From the NCBI GenBank assembly GCA_963700285.1, contig CAVOXA010000015.1, positions 128,001-192,000 of the forward strand: a stretch of DNA of 64,000 nt. Reading direction: 5' to 3'. Source of the DNA: an uncultured Chloroflexia bacterium (GTDB taxonomy: Bacteria > Chloroflexota > Anaerolineae > JAAYZQ01). The translations under genes were made by a program, and so were the position numbers. Under the pieces are notes generated by a model. It was not told the origin of the DNA. It worked only from the letters and a program-made list of their open reading frames with translations, and made no database searches. Of this stretch, positions 12,024-22,143 are shown in pieces. Within the stretch, counting starts at the first letter, position 1, and each line of letters starts with the position of its first letter.

Positions 12024-13935
12024 CTCTCTCGGAAAGTCCCACAACCCCCGTTTACGCGGGGAAGACAGCTTGAGACCTCCCACGTTTTAAGATTTCACCC
12101 CCAATCTGCCTGTGTGGCATGATAGGCACGACGGTATCCAATTCCACGTGCCTGGCTCACTCCAGGCAGAAAGGGGGCTACTCATGATACCACCACTCTT
12201 CTCGCACAAGCGCTATGTCCGCTCTGCGCTTGCCTATTCGCGCCGCCACGGCGGCCTGCGCACCGACCATCGGCACTACCACGTCTGGCAGAAGCTGAAA
12301 GAGACCAACCTGGACCACGCCTATCCCCTCCTGGCTACTCTCTATTCGGACACGTTGGGATGCCTGGGCCGCGATCCCGTCTCCATGCTCCGCTCTTGTC
12401 TGGCGATGATGCTCTGCGGTGTCACCAGCTTCACCGTCTGGGTCGGAATGATGCGCGATGACCGCTTCTATGCGCTCATCAGCGGCTTCCATCCCGACGA
12501 CACGCCAGGGGTTGGCACCTTCTACGACTTCCAAGACCGCCTCCTGCAACGTCCCCGTCAGGCCCCGCACCACGACTCGCCGTCCCTACCAAAGTCGAGA
12601 CCAGCGGGACAAGGCCAAACAGCACAAGGACAAGAACGATCTGCGCCCTCACAAGGACATTGTCAACCGCCTGGCCGACCGGATCCTGGCTCGCCCTTTC
12701 CCCAACATCCCTGTGGCCGCCACCCTGGAAGGCTACAGTGACTTCTCAGCCCTCCCGACCCACGAACAGACTCTTGCATTGCATCTTCTTCGCTAGCTTT
12801 GTTGCCCGTTCCGTGGACCTGAACCTTATCGACCTCGACAATCTCCACGTCGCTGGCGACGGAACCAAGCTCGCCACCTGGGCCAATGCCCGGGGCAAGA
12901 AGCTCTGCTCCTGTGACAACAAGGGCAAGAAAGCGAAAGAGCGTTGTCGCTGTCTACGGCTTACCACGACGCCCACGCCCTCTGGGGCTGGGACAGCTAC
13001 CGTGAATGCTGGGTCTACGGCCACAGCCTCTACGAACTCACGCCTACAGCCTCCAGCATCGCTGCCAACTGCCTCTCGTCGTTTCCCTGGCCGATTGCAA
13101 CCGCCACGACAGCGTCCACTGCCTCGCGACTCCATCTATCGCGCCTGGGAAACCTTCGGCCTCTTCCTCCAAACCGCTTCCCTGGATGCGGCCCACGATG
13201 CGCTGGGGCTCTTTCGCCTGGCTACTCAGCGCTGGCATATGGCCCTCGTCGTACCCCTCAACGAGCGCAACAAGGACAATCTCCGCTACGCCGGTCCCTT
13301 GCGACTCGAAAAGGGCGTCCCCATCTGCCAGGCTGGCTTGGCCATGAAGCATTGGGGCTTCTGCCCCGACCGCTTGCGTCTCAAATGGCGCTGCCCCTTG
13401 GCCGCCGCCAAGAAGACCCCAGACCTCACCACTTGTCCTCACTTCGCCAAGGACTGTTCGGACTCTGCCTACGGCCGCGTCATCTACACCTACCCCAAGG
13501 AAAACTATCGCCTCCACACGCTCATCCCCAGAGATAGCGACCTCTGGGATCTCCACAAAGACGCCCGCTCCTGTGCCGAACGTTCCGTCAAACGCAAGAA
13601 GAACGATTTCCATCTCCTTGAGACCCGCACCGCTGGCCGCGACCGCTGGTTCTTCCGCGTCATGCTCGCTGCCATGTGTCAGCACATTTGCGCTTGGGTT
13701 ACTCACGCTGCCGACCGCTTGAACTGAACAGTCGAGCGGCAGTCAACAACCTATGATCGGTGCCCTAGCCCGGTGACCTCGTCACGATGGCTAGTACCCC
13801 CTGGCTTGTTAACGTTCTCTCAACATTTGTCAGATTCGATTAGCCACTCACAACTGCTAACCATGCCTCTCCACAGCTATCAATCTCTTACTAGCTGTCT
13901 CTGACTGTCATCGCTCACGACTTTCCGAGAGATCT
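12024..13935 (+). mobile_element. Insertion sequence (IS4/IS5-like DDE; family uncertain)
   Basis: 14-bp inverted repeats TCTCTCGGAAAGTC (12025-12038) / GACTTTCCGAGAGA (13919-13932); CTAG at 12020-12023 and 13936-13939. Confidence 0.8.
12184..13727 (+). CDS. DDE transposase (several frameshifts)
   Basis: RDPVSMLRS, PGVGTFYDF, VAGDGTK, LDAAHD and RSCAERSVKR distributed over shifted ORFs. Confidence 0.8.
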
Positions 13936-13947
13936 CTAGCAGACCCC

Positions 13948-13976
13948 ATTATAGGATGGAACGTTGAAAAGCGCAA
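13948..13976 (-). promoter_or_regulatory. Likely native glmS promoter
   Basis: Minus strand TTGCGC (13976-13971), 17 bp, TATAAT (13953-13948); points toward glmS just outside the IS. Confidence 0.65.
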
Positions 13977-14027
13977 ATCACCCGCCAGCGCCTATCGGGT
14001 ACGGCCACCACACAGTTTTCGCTGGGC

Positions 14028-14056
14028 TTGATCTTCAGCATCTTCTGTGCGATAAT
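14028..14056 (+). promoter_or_regulatory. Putative promoter of the toxin-antitoxin pair
   Basis: TTGATC, 17 bp, GATAAT. Confidence 0.5.
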
Positions 14057-14120
14057 GTTATCCAAGTTCAGATGCGAATGGTAGTAACGTGCGGACCTTC
14101 AGGTGAGAAAGGCAAGAAGG

Positions 14121-14435
14121 ATGAGTACTGAACAGGCCGCATGGACACAATTGCATTCACTGGCACAGCGGGCCAGGCAAGCGGGTACAACTCACCAGCA
14201 GTTGGATGTTCAGCTCTCACCAGAGGAGAGCGCTGTGCTGGCTGAAGTGCTGGAAGCCGCATTGGACATGGTGGTTGCCATGGCGGGTCAGCCACACCTG
14301 GATCTGAGCGAGCCCGACAACAGAGAACTGGCCCTTCTGGCCATGCAAGGGGGATCCTTTGACTGGCTGGCCAATGAGCCTGACCTCTACACGGATGATG
14401 ACCTGGTGGAGCACTTTGAATGGGCAAAAGTCTGA
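14121..14435 (+). CDS. Putative antitoxin
   Basis: Small acidic protein ending GGSFDWLANEPDLYTDDDL; overlaps the start of a PemK/MazF-like gene. Confidence 0.6.
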   Translation: MSTEQAAWTQLHSLAQRARQAGTTHQQLDVQLSPEESAVLAEVLEAALDMVVAMAGQPHLDLSEPDNRELALLAMQGGSFDWLANEPDLYTDDDLVEHFEWAKV

Positions 14436-14773
14436 GCTGAGGGTCTGTTGTACTAGCCGTTTACCCCTTCACTGATCTGTCATCGGCCAAACGTCGCCCG
14501 GCTCTGGTAGTGTCTGCCACCGAGCGTCCGGGCCGGGACTGTATCCTGGCCTTCATCACATCCCGTGCGGGACTCGTTGAGGTAACCGATCTGGTACTTG
14601 ACCCTGCTGATCGGTACTTTTCGGGTACAGGGCTGCGGGTACCATCGAGGGTTCGCTGTGACAGGCTGATGACGTTGGACTGATCTCTTCTGGTAGGCCG
14701 TCTGGGGCATCTCAGCAAGCGCCACATGGACAAAGTAGACATCCGGCTAAAAGCCGCGTTGGACCTGCAATAG
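14420..14773 (+). pseudogene. PemK/MazF family toxin with two in-frame TGA codons
   Basis: Manual translation: MGKSLS*GSVVLAVYPFTDLSSAKRRPALVVS...ILAFITS...TGLRVPSRVRCDRLMTLD*SLLVGRLGHLS...LKAALDLQ. TGA at 14438 and 14681; absent from the ORF track. Confidence 0.85.
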
Positions 14774-15439
14774 CCACCCCACCGTTGTAGCCTGCTCCAG
14801 GCTCGATCTGCATCGGTCAGGGCCAAGATTGCGCCGTACTAGCCTCGTATCGAAAAAGCAAGCTATCCTGCACCTACTTTGCGCCAACAGTTCACGCAAT
14901 TGAAACTGCTTTTTTTCTGTTGAGACGCAGCGCAGGACTGACGGTCCTGTTGTACTCTTCTCAGAATTGGCGATCTCCCGATCGACTGCTGCTCCTAGCG
15001 CCACTCTCCCCTGCTGGTAAGCATCCTGCATGTGCCAGCGGCACCGGGCGCAAGATCCCGTTTTGCGCTACATCCAGAGCCCACTCCGGGGGCTTTATCG
15101 GGAGAGATCTCGGAGGGCTGTCCTAGCTGCAGGCAATCATCCGCTCTTGGAACGGCTGTGTGGACCCTTTCTCACTCTTGGGGAGGCGTGACCCTGCAGA
15201 GAAGAACAGCGGATTGGCAGGATGAAGGGATCGAGACAGCGGATGCCAAGATCCGCCAATCCTGCCCATCCGATGTTTCCACCCCCAAAGGACAATGGAT
15301 CAGAGGACAATGGACGGTGGTTCGCGGCCCTGCGGCGGCAGCGCGGCGGCACAGCGGAAGCCCACGTTGAGGTTCTGGGCCGGCGATCTGAGGAGGGCAG
15401 AGCCCCCGTCAGAAGCCCAGGAACCAGGAGCTCAGAAGC

Positions 15440-15684
15440 TCACCCTCCTGGCAAACCGGTACAACGAAAGCCGATGCTGTCGTGGCTGCTGGCCGGGTTG
15501 TTGAGGTCGCGGTCCGCCGCGCGCACGTGGTTCGCATTGTCGGACCACGAACCGCCACGCAGCACCTTATACGCCCCGCTGTCCGGCCCTGGCGCGTTGC
15601 GATAAGGCGAGACGCTGTAGTAGCTGGCGTCGTACCAGTCGGCCACCCACTCCCACACATTGCCGGCCATGTCCAGCGCCCCAT
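15440..15684 (-). pseudogene. Formylglycine-generating enzyme (SUMF1) domain C-terminal fragment
   Basis: GALDMAGNVWEWVADWY...VLRGGSW...IGFRC; N-terminal part absent. Confidence 0.8.
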
Positions 15685-15718
15685 TCAGTGACATCCTGTA
15701 ATGAGTCAAATCGGATAC

Positions 15719-15746
15719 TTGACAAATTCCCGAAACCGGTTATAAT
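15719..15746 (+). promoter_or_regulatory. thrS promoter
   Basis: TTGACA, 16 bp, TATAAT, upstream of the T-box leader. Confidence 0.75.
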
Positions 15747-15764
15747 AGGACCCAACCAAACAGT

Positions 15765-16033
15765 CCGAACGCATTGATCAGGACGAGTAGGCGGCGTAAA
15801 GCGCCAGAGAGTGTGGGCCACCGGCTGGAAGCCTGCACCGCTGGAAACCGTCGAAAACCACCTGGGAGTGAGTCCTTCAAATTGCTGGCTTTCTCTCGGC
15901 AAGAGTATGGGCCTCCGGTTGGCTCCGTTACCAGCCAATGAGATGGGTGTCAACGACTATTTTGTCGTAGGCTGGCCAACTTGGGTGGAACCGCGTGAGT
16001 GAGCCTCTCGCCCCATGGGTGAGGGCTTTTTTT
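15765..16033 (+). ncRNA. T-box riboswitch (Thr)
   Basis: Stem I with AGTA, AGAGA and GCTGGAA motifs; specifier GAAA-ACC (ACC = Thr, 15857-15859); T-box AACTTGGGTGGAACCGCG (15978-15995); terminator follows; upstream of thrS. Confidence 0.9.
16001..16033 (+). terminator. T-box attenuator terminator
   Basis: GAGCCTCTCGCCC-cat-GGGTGAGGGC followed by a T-run. Confidence 0.8.
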
Positions 16034-16180
16034 GTTGGTACAAAGATGGCCTGAAAGACATGTAAGGGGGTAGCAGATTTGACCGACGACGATGGGACCA
16101 CAGCAACAGTTTTCAGTCGCATAGGCGACGGGCACTTTTGCTACCCTGTTGCCAACCTGTAACCCGAGGAGGAGCGTAAA

Positions 16181-17971
16181 ATGGCACCTGGAAATCGCGA
16201 CCACGACGAACAACTGTATAAACTGCGGCACTCTACGGCCCACGTGATGGCTGAGGCCGTCCTGGAGATGTTCCCAGAAGGAAAACTGGCCTTTGGCCCA
16301 CCCGTCGAAAATGGTTTCTACTACGATTTCGACCTGCCCCGGGCACTGTCGACTGAGGATCTGGCCGAGATCGAAGAGCGGATGAAAACCATCATCAAGG
16401 GCAAGTATCCCTTTGAGCATCGCGACGTCAGTGTGAACGAAGCCAAGGAGATGTTTGTCGACCAGCCGTACAAGATCGACCAGATCGACAAGCTCGCTTC
16501 CGGCCAGGAAGACGAGCACGGCGAGGCCGGCGCTGAACCGGTCAGTAGTCTGTCGATCTATACCCACCGCAATTTCACAGACCTGTGCCGTGGTCCCCAC
16601 CTGGAGAACACGGGACAGATCTCGTGGAACGCCTTCAAGCTGCTTAATGTCGCAGGCGCCTACTGGCGCGGCGACGAGAACCAGGCCATGCTGCAGCGCA
16701 TCTACGGTACGGTCTGGCCTACCAAAAAGGAGCTAAGGGAGCACCTGGCCTGGCTGGAGGAGGTTGAAAAGCGCGATCACCGGCGCCTCGGGAAAGAGTT
16801 GGACCTGTTCAGTTTCCACGAGGATGCTGGCGCTGGCCTGGTTTATTGGCACCCCATGGGTGCGCGGGTTCGGGCCGTCATCGAGGACTATTGGCGGCAA
16901 CAGCACTATAAAGGTGGCTATGAAGTAGTCTACACGCCTCACATCGGCCGGGATCGCCTTTGGCAGACGAGCGGGCACCTTGATTTTTTCTGGGACAGCA
17001 TGTACTCGCCGATGGACATCGATGGCATGGACTACTATATCAAGCCGATGAACTGCCCGTTCCACATCAAGATCTACCAGAGCAAGCGCCGCAGCTACCG
17101 CGAACTGCCTATGCGCTGGGCCGAATTGGGTACAGTCTATCGCTATGAGAGAAGTGGTGTGCTGCACGGACTGCTGCGGGTGCGTGGCTTTACCCAGGAT
17201 GACGCTCACATCTTTTGCACGCCGGGACAGGTTGAAGGCGAGGTTCTGGAGGTGCTTCGCTTCTCCCTGCGATTGCTCGAAGCCTTTGGCTTCTCAGATG
17301 TCAAGGCCTACCTGGCGACGAGGCCCGAAAAGGCTCCCGGCGAATTGGAGCGTTGGGAGCAGGCCACGGAGGCGCTGAAACGTGCCATCGCCGTCGAAGA
17401 GCTGCCGTACGAACTGGATGAGGGCGGGGGCGCCTTTTACGGTCCCAAGATCGACCTCAAATTGCGCGATGCCCTGGGCCGCGAATGGCAGATGACGACG
17501 ATCCAGTTCGATTTTAACCTGCCAGAGCGATTTGACCTGAAATACATCGGACCCGATGGCCAGGAGCACCGGCCCTACATGGTCCACCGTGCGCTGCTGG
17601 GGTCTATTGAGCGCTTTTTCGGGGTGCTCATTGAGCATTATGGTGGAGCCTTCCCCGTCTGGTTGGCGCCGGTGCAGGCCAAGATCATCCCTATCGCGGA
17701 CCGGCACAATGACTATGCCTACCAGGTGGCGGCGCAATTGAAGGCGGCCGGCCTGCGGGTGGAGGTCAATGATTCCAATGATCGGATGCAGGCCAAGATC
17801 CGCGATGCCCAGCTCCAAAAAGTGCCGTACATGCTCATCATGGGTGACCGGGAAGTGGAGAACGAGGCAGTGGCCGTGCGTCTGAGGAGCGGTGAGGATA
17901 TGGGAGCGCAGAGCGTCGCTGATTTTTCAGCCATGGCCCAATCAGCCGTTGCTGAGAGGCGTGACGTGTAG
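16181..17971 (+). CDS. thrS: Threonine--tRNA ligase
   Basis: RHSTAH, DLCRGPH, RDHRRLG, KPMNCP, RGFTQDDAH, AFYGPKID and HRALLGSIERF. Confidence 0.98.
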   Translation: MAPGNRDHDEQLYKLRHSTAHVMAEAVLEMFPEGKLAFGPPVENGFYYDFDLPRALSTEDLAEIEERMKTIIKGKYPFEHRDVSVNEAKEMFVDQPYKIDQIDKLASGQEDEHGEAGAEPVSSLSIYTHRNFTDLCRGPHLENTGQISWNAFKLLNVAGAYWRGDENQAMLQRIYGTVWPTKKELREHLAWLEEVEKRDHRRLGKELDLFSFHEDAGAGLVYWHPMGARVRAVIEDYWRQQHYKGGYEVVYTPHIGRDRLWQTSGHLDFFWDSMYSPMDIDGMDYYIKPMNCPFHIKIYQSKRRSYRELPMRWAELGTVYRYERSGVLHGLLRVRGFTQDDAHIFCTPGQVEGEVLEVLRFSLRLLEAFGFSDVKAYLATRPEKAPGELERWEQATEALKRAIAVEELPYELDEGGGAFYGPKIDLKLRDALGREWQMTTIQFDFNLPERFDLKYIGPDGQEHRPYMVHRALLGSIERFFGVLIEHYGGAFPVWLAPVQAKIIPIADRHNDYAYQVAAQLKAAGLRVEVNDSNDRMQAKIRDAQLQKVPYMLIMGDREVENEAVAVRLRSGEDMGAQSVADFSAMAQSAVAERRDV

Positions 17972-18111
17972 TCACGCCTCTGCCGGCCGATGCCTTCGAT
18001 TGCCAGCAGGCTGAGATGGGTATCTGAATAGGAAACCTCTGCAGTTCACACGCGAAAGGGCTGACAGGTACACATCGAACCAGTATCTGCGAAACGAAAA
18101 GGAGGGGAAAC

Positions 18112-19791
18112 ATGTGCGCTAAATACGCCATCGGCGTGGACTTTGGCACCGAGTCGGGGCGCGCAGTACTAGTGGATGTGGCGAATGGTCGGGAGATTGT
18201 CACGGCCGTACATCCCTATGCCAACGGCGTGATTGATGAGGTACTTCCTGACAGCGACATCCGCCTCGAGCCAGACTGGGCATTACAGGATCCCAACGAT
18301 TACCTGGAGGTATTCAAAAAAGCGATTCCCGCCGTTCTCGATGAGGGCAGGGTCGATCCTGGCGACGTGGTGGGCCTGGGGATTGACTTTACCGCTTGCA
18401 CGATGCTGCCTACCAAGGCCGACGGTACTCCCCTGTGTTTCCTGCCCGAGTGGCGGGAGAATCCGCACGCCTGGGTGAAACTGTGGAAGCACCATGCGGC
18501 CCAACCTGAGGCAAACAAGCTGAATGAGACGGCGCGGGAACAGGGTTATACTTTCTTGGACCGCTATGGGGGCAAGATCAGTTCCGAGTGGTTCTTCCCC
18601 AAGGCCTGGCAAATCCTGGATGAGGCACCCTCAGTGTATGCTGCGGCTGACCGGTTGCTGGAAGGCGCAGATTGGGTGGTGTGGCAGCTCACTGGCGAGG
18701 AGAAGCGAAACTCGTGCACTGCTGGTTATAAGGCTATCTGGTCCAAGCGGGAGGGATTTCCCTCCAGTGAGTTCTTCAAGGCCTTGGATCCGCGCATGGA
18801 ACAGATCGTCGACGAAAAGATGGCACACGCGATCTACCCCCTGGGCGCCAACGCTGGAGGGCTGAGCGATGAGGCTGCGCACTGGACAGGGCTGAAGCCA
18901 GGAACGGCGGTAGCCATTGCCAATGTGGATGCCCACGTATCCGTACCTGCTGCGACCGTCGCCGAACCAGGGCGCATGGTTATTATCATGGGTACCTCCA
19001 ACTGTCATATGGTGCTGGCTACCGAGGAGCGGATCGTACCGGGTATGTGCGGCTATGTTGAGGATGGCATCATTCCCGGGTTCTTTGGCTACGAGGCAGG
19101 GCAATCATGCGTCGGGGATCATTTTGCCTGGTTCGTGGAAAACTGCGTGCCGGGCGCCTACGAGCGGGAGGCGCAGGCCAGAAACCTCAGTATCCACGAA
19201 TTGCTCGAAGATAAAGCTGCCCGCCTCAGGCCAGGCGAAAGTGGATTGCTGGCCCTAGATTGGTGGAACGGCAACCGCAGCGTCTTGGTGGATGTGGATC
19301 TGACCGGCATGCTCCTAGGCGCCACGCTGGCTACCAAGCCAGAGGAGATCTATCGGGCCCTCATTGAGGCCACCGCCTATGGAACCCGGATCATCATCGA
19401 TACTTTTGAGGCCAACGGTGTGCCAGTGAAAGAGATCGTAGCCACTGGAGGGCTGCCCGATCGCAACCGGCTATTGATGCAGGTCTATGCCGACGTCACA
19501 GGACGTTCCATCCACATTGCGGCAACGAGCCAGGGCGGTGCCCTGGGCTCGGCCATGCATGCTGCTGTGGCCGCAGGAAGCGACGCTGGCGGCTACGACT
19601 CTATCGTGAAAGCGGCCCAGCGGATGGCACACTTGCGCCAGGAAGCCTACCACCCGAGTGGGGAGAACAAAGAGATCTATGATGAACTCTTTGCCGAGTA
19701 CGTCGCCCTGCATGACTATTTTGGCCGGGGGGCGAACGATGTGATGAAGCGTTTGAAGGCACGAAGGGCAAAGATCCTTTCCGAGTCGTAG
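18112..19791 (+). CDS. araB: Ribulokinase
   Basis: [36 protein letters not shown] and LDWWNGNRS. Confidence 0.92.
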   Translation: MCAKYAIGVDFGTESGRAVLVDVANGREIVTAVHPYANGVIDEVLPDSDIRLEPDWALQDPNDYLEVFKKAIPAVLDEGRVDPGDVVGLGIDFTACTMLPTKADGTPLCFLPEWRENPHAWVKLWKHHAAQPEANKLNETAREQGYTFLDRYGGKISSEWFFPKAWQILDEAPSVYAAADRLLEGADWVVWQLTGEEKRNSCTAGYKAIWSKREGFPSSEFFKALDPRMEQIVDEKMAHAIYPLGANAGGLSDEAAHWTGLKPGTAVAIANVDAHVSVPAATVAEPGRMVIIMGTSNCHMVLATEERIVPGMCGYVEDGIIPGFFGYEAGQSCVGDHFAWFVENCVPGAYEREAQARNLSIHELLEDKAARLRPGESGLLALDWWNGNRSVLVDVDLTGMLLGATLATKPEEIYRALIEATAYGTRIIIDTFEANGVPVKEIVATGGLPDRNRLLMQVYADVTGRSIHIAATSQGGALGSAMHAAVAAGSDAGGYDSIVKAAQRMAHLRQEAYHPSGENKEIYDELFAEYVALHDYFGRGANDVMKRLKARRAKILSES

Positions 19792-19867
19792 ACGATCCCT
19801 TGGCCTGTGTTACATCTGCAGGGAATGGGGCGTTGGCAACCGGGGCTGGAAAAAAGAGGAGGGAGAA

Positions 19868-20509
19868 TTGCTGGAAGCATTGCGTGACGAGCTGTGGCGA
19901 CTGCACCTGGAATTGCCCAAGAACAACCTGGTCACCTGGACAGGAGGGAACATCAGCGCGCGAGATCCCGAAACGGGCTACGTGGCAATCAAGCCCTCCG
20001 GGGTACGCTATGAGGATCTACGACCAGAGGATATCGTCATCGTGGATCTGGAGGGCAACTGCATCGAGGGCAATCTCAAGGCATCTTCTGATACGGCCAG
20101 CCATCTCTACATCTATCGGTACCGGCCAGATGTCAACGGCGTCGTTCATACCCATTCCCGCTATGCAACAGCCTTTGCTGCTTTGGGCCGGCCTATCCCA
20201 GTCTATCTGACGGCCCACGGCGACGAATTCGGGGGGCCCATTCCTTGTGGCGGTTTTGCCCTCATCGGTGGGGAGGAGATTGGCAAGATAGTTGTGGATA
20301 CCATCGGAGATTCTCGGGCTGTACTACTCAAGAATCACGGCGTCTTTACAGTTGGGGCAACGCCGCAAGAGGCCGTCAAAGCCGCAGTGATGGTGGAGGA
20401 TGTAGCGTGGACGGTATGGATCGCACTGCAGATAGGGCAGCCCGACGAGATCCCTTCGGAGCAGGTGGCCAAGCTTTACCATCGCTACTCACATGAGTAT
20501 GGCCAGTAG
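19868..20509 (+). CDS. araD: L-ribulose-5-phosphate 4-epimerase (class II aldolase family)
   Basis: WTGGNISAR, IKPSG, SSDTASH, HTHS and LLKNHG; follows araB. Confidence 0.85.
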   Translation: MLEALRDELWRLHLELPKNNLVTWTGGNISARDPETGYVAIKPSGVRYEDLRPEDIVIVDLEGNCIEGNLKASSDTASHLYIYRYRPDVNGVVHTHSRYATAFAALGRPIPVYLTAHGDEFGGPIPCGGFALIGGEEIGKIVVDTIGDSRAVLLKNHGVFTVGATPQEAVKAAVMVEDVAWTVWIALQIGQPDEIPSEQVAKLYHRYSHEYGQ

Positions 20510-20628
20510 CGGGACCGGTTTTTGAGGGCCTTATAGTAGAATCTTCTGGTGGCCCACTACGTGCTGGAATCCTGCGGGCGGATCTCGAGCGCGACTTTGC
20601 TGCAACCCTGCACATCTGACTGTCTTAC

Positions 20629-20657
20629 TTGACCGGGTATCGCTTTTCGGGTATAAT
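20629..20657 (+). promoter_or_regulatory. infC operon promoter
   Basis: TTGACC, 17 bp, TATAAT. Confidence 0.75.
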
Positions 20658-20816
20658 TCTCCGGTACAATACAAGTTGTCAGAACACTGTTGTTTTGGCT
20701 GTTGTGTCGAACAGAACTTGTGTTGCAGCTAACTGCAGAGCCCAACGCGACTGTGAGTGGTAAGGCCCAGCGGAGAACGGTCATGTTGGTTCTGCTAGAG
20801 ATGAGGAGGAGCAGAG

Positions 20817-21338
20817 ATTAGCAACCAGAGAACACGTGTGAACGAGGCTATCCGGTCCCCGCAGTTGCGGGTCATTGATGCTGATGGTAAGCAGCTTGGG
20901 GTCCTGCCGCGTAGGGAAGCGCTACGCTTGGCCGGCGAGCGCGAGTTGGACTTGGTGGAGGTTTCCCCGAACGCCGATCCCCCAGTCGTCAAGCTAATGG
21001 ACTTTGGCAAGTACCAGTACGAGCGGGCAAAACGCGACCGGGAAGCACGCAAGGCCAGCAAGAATATTGAAGTCAAAGAGATCCGGTTGCGGCCCAAGAC
21101 TGGTGAACATGATCTGGCCTTCAAGATCCGTCAAGCGCGCTCTTTTTTGGAAAGCGGCGCCAAAGTTAAGGTTCGGATTCGCTTCCGCGGCCGGGAGATT
21201 ACTCATCCCGAGGTCGCCCGTGCGCAGATGGAACGTATCTCTGGGGAACTGTCGGATATAAGTAGCGTCGAACAACGACCTGGCTTTGAGGGGCGTACCA
21301 TCTTGATGATCCTGGCGCCCACTGTACAGCGCAAGTGA
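20817..21338 (+). CDS. infC: Translation initiation factor IF-3 (ATT start)
   Basis: VNEAIR, LDLVEVSP, MDFGKYQYE and FRGRE; SD GAGGAGG then an in-frame ATT at 20817. Confidence 0.95.
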   Translation: MSNQRTRVNEAIRSPQLRVIDADGKQLGVLPRREALRLAGERELDLVEVSPNADPPVVKLMDFGKYQYERAKRDREARKASKNIEVKEIRLRPKTGEHDLAFKIRQARSFLESGAKVKVRIRFRGREITHPEVARAQMERISGELSDISSVEQRPGFEGRTILMILAPTVQRK

Positions 21339-21468
21339 GGCTCCCAAGCACGCGGAAGGGGTCGATAGCCAGATTCTATCCATCTGCTCAACTGTCACAG
21401 ACTAGATCTTTTTTTGCTGTTGCCCCTGAGCAGGATGGGGGCAATCGCTTTGTAGGGAGAGTGCTATA

Positions 21469-21678
21469 ATGCCAAAGATCAAGACGCACAAGGCTACTGC
21501 TAAACGGTTCAAGTATTCCGGCTCGGGCAAGCTGATGAGGACCAAGATCGGCAAGAGCCACCTGCGCCGGAAAAAGTCCAAGCGCATCAAGCGTATGTTT
21601 GATGAGATGCACGTGGTAACGGATTCTGCTTCCAAAACGCGGGTCCGGAAACTGGCTCCATATCTGAAAAAGAAGTGA
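21469..21678 (+). CDS. rpmI: 50S ribosomal protein L35
   Basis: [15 protein letters not shown]; position between infC and rplT. Confidence 0.95.
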   Translation: MPKIKTHKATAKRFKYSGSGKLMRTKIGKSHLRRKKSKRIKRMFDEMHVVTDSASKTRVRKLAPYLKKK

Positions 21679-21754
21679 TGACGGACAGGTTGCTGGCATG
21701 CTGGCCGTTTGTGCTTGCCTGCCAGTTGCCACATATGCTGTAGAGGAGTTAACA

Positions 21755-22105
21755 GTGCCAAGAGTAAAAGGGGGTCCTCGGATCCGACGACGACATAATA
21801 AGGTCCTGAAGCTGACCAAGGGTCAGTTTGGGGGCAAGCACCGGTTGTGGCGGCGGGGCAACGAGGCGATGCTCAAGTCGCTGTGGTATAGCTACCGCGA
21901 CCGGCGTAACCGAAAGCGAGATTTCCGCCGCCTGTGGATCACGCGCATCAACGCGGCTGCACGTCAAAGCGGGCTGTCCTACAGCCGTTTTGTTTATGGT
22001 TTGAGGGAGGCCAACATTGAACTGGATCGCAAGGTCCTGGCTGACATAGCCGTACGCGACCAGGCGACCTTTGCTCAGTTGGTCGAGGCTGTCAAGGAGC
22101 AGTAG
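21755..22105 (+). CDS. rplT: 50S ribosomal protein L20
   Basis: GTG start after GAGGAG; [23 protein letters not shown] and [10 protein letters not shown]. Confidence 0.97.
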   Translation: MPRVKGGPRIRRRHNKVLKLTKGQFGGKHRLWRRGNEAMLKSLWYSYRDRRNRKRDFRRLWITRINAAARQSGLSYSRFVYGLREANIELDRKVLADIAVRDQATFAQLVEAVKEQ

Positions 22106-22143
22106 GCCCAGGACTATAGGCCTCAGCAGGATAGGGCCGCACT

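Noticed and set aside
14438-14683. Selenocysteine or genetic-code reassignment of TGA in the toxin
   Set aside because: The positions do not correspond to Cys, no SECIS-like hairpin was recognised, and TGA serves as a normal stop in many genes here.
14780-15400. Coding or ncRNA feature between the toxin and the SUMF1 fragment
   Set aside because: Only short ORFs without motifs; probably decayed sequence.
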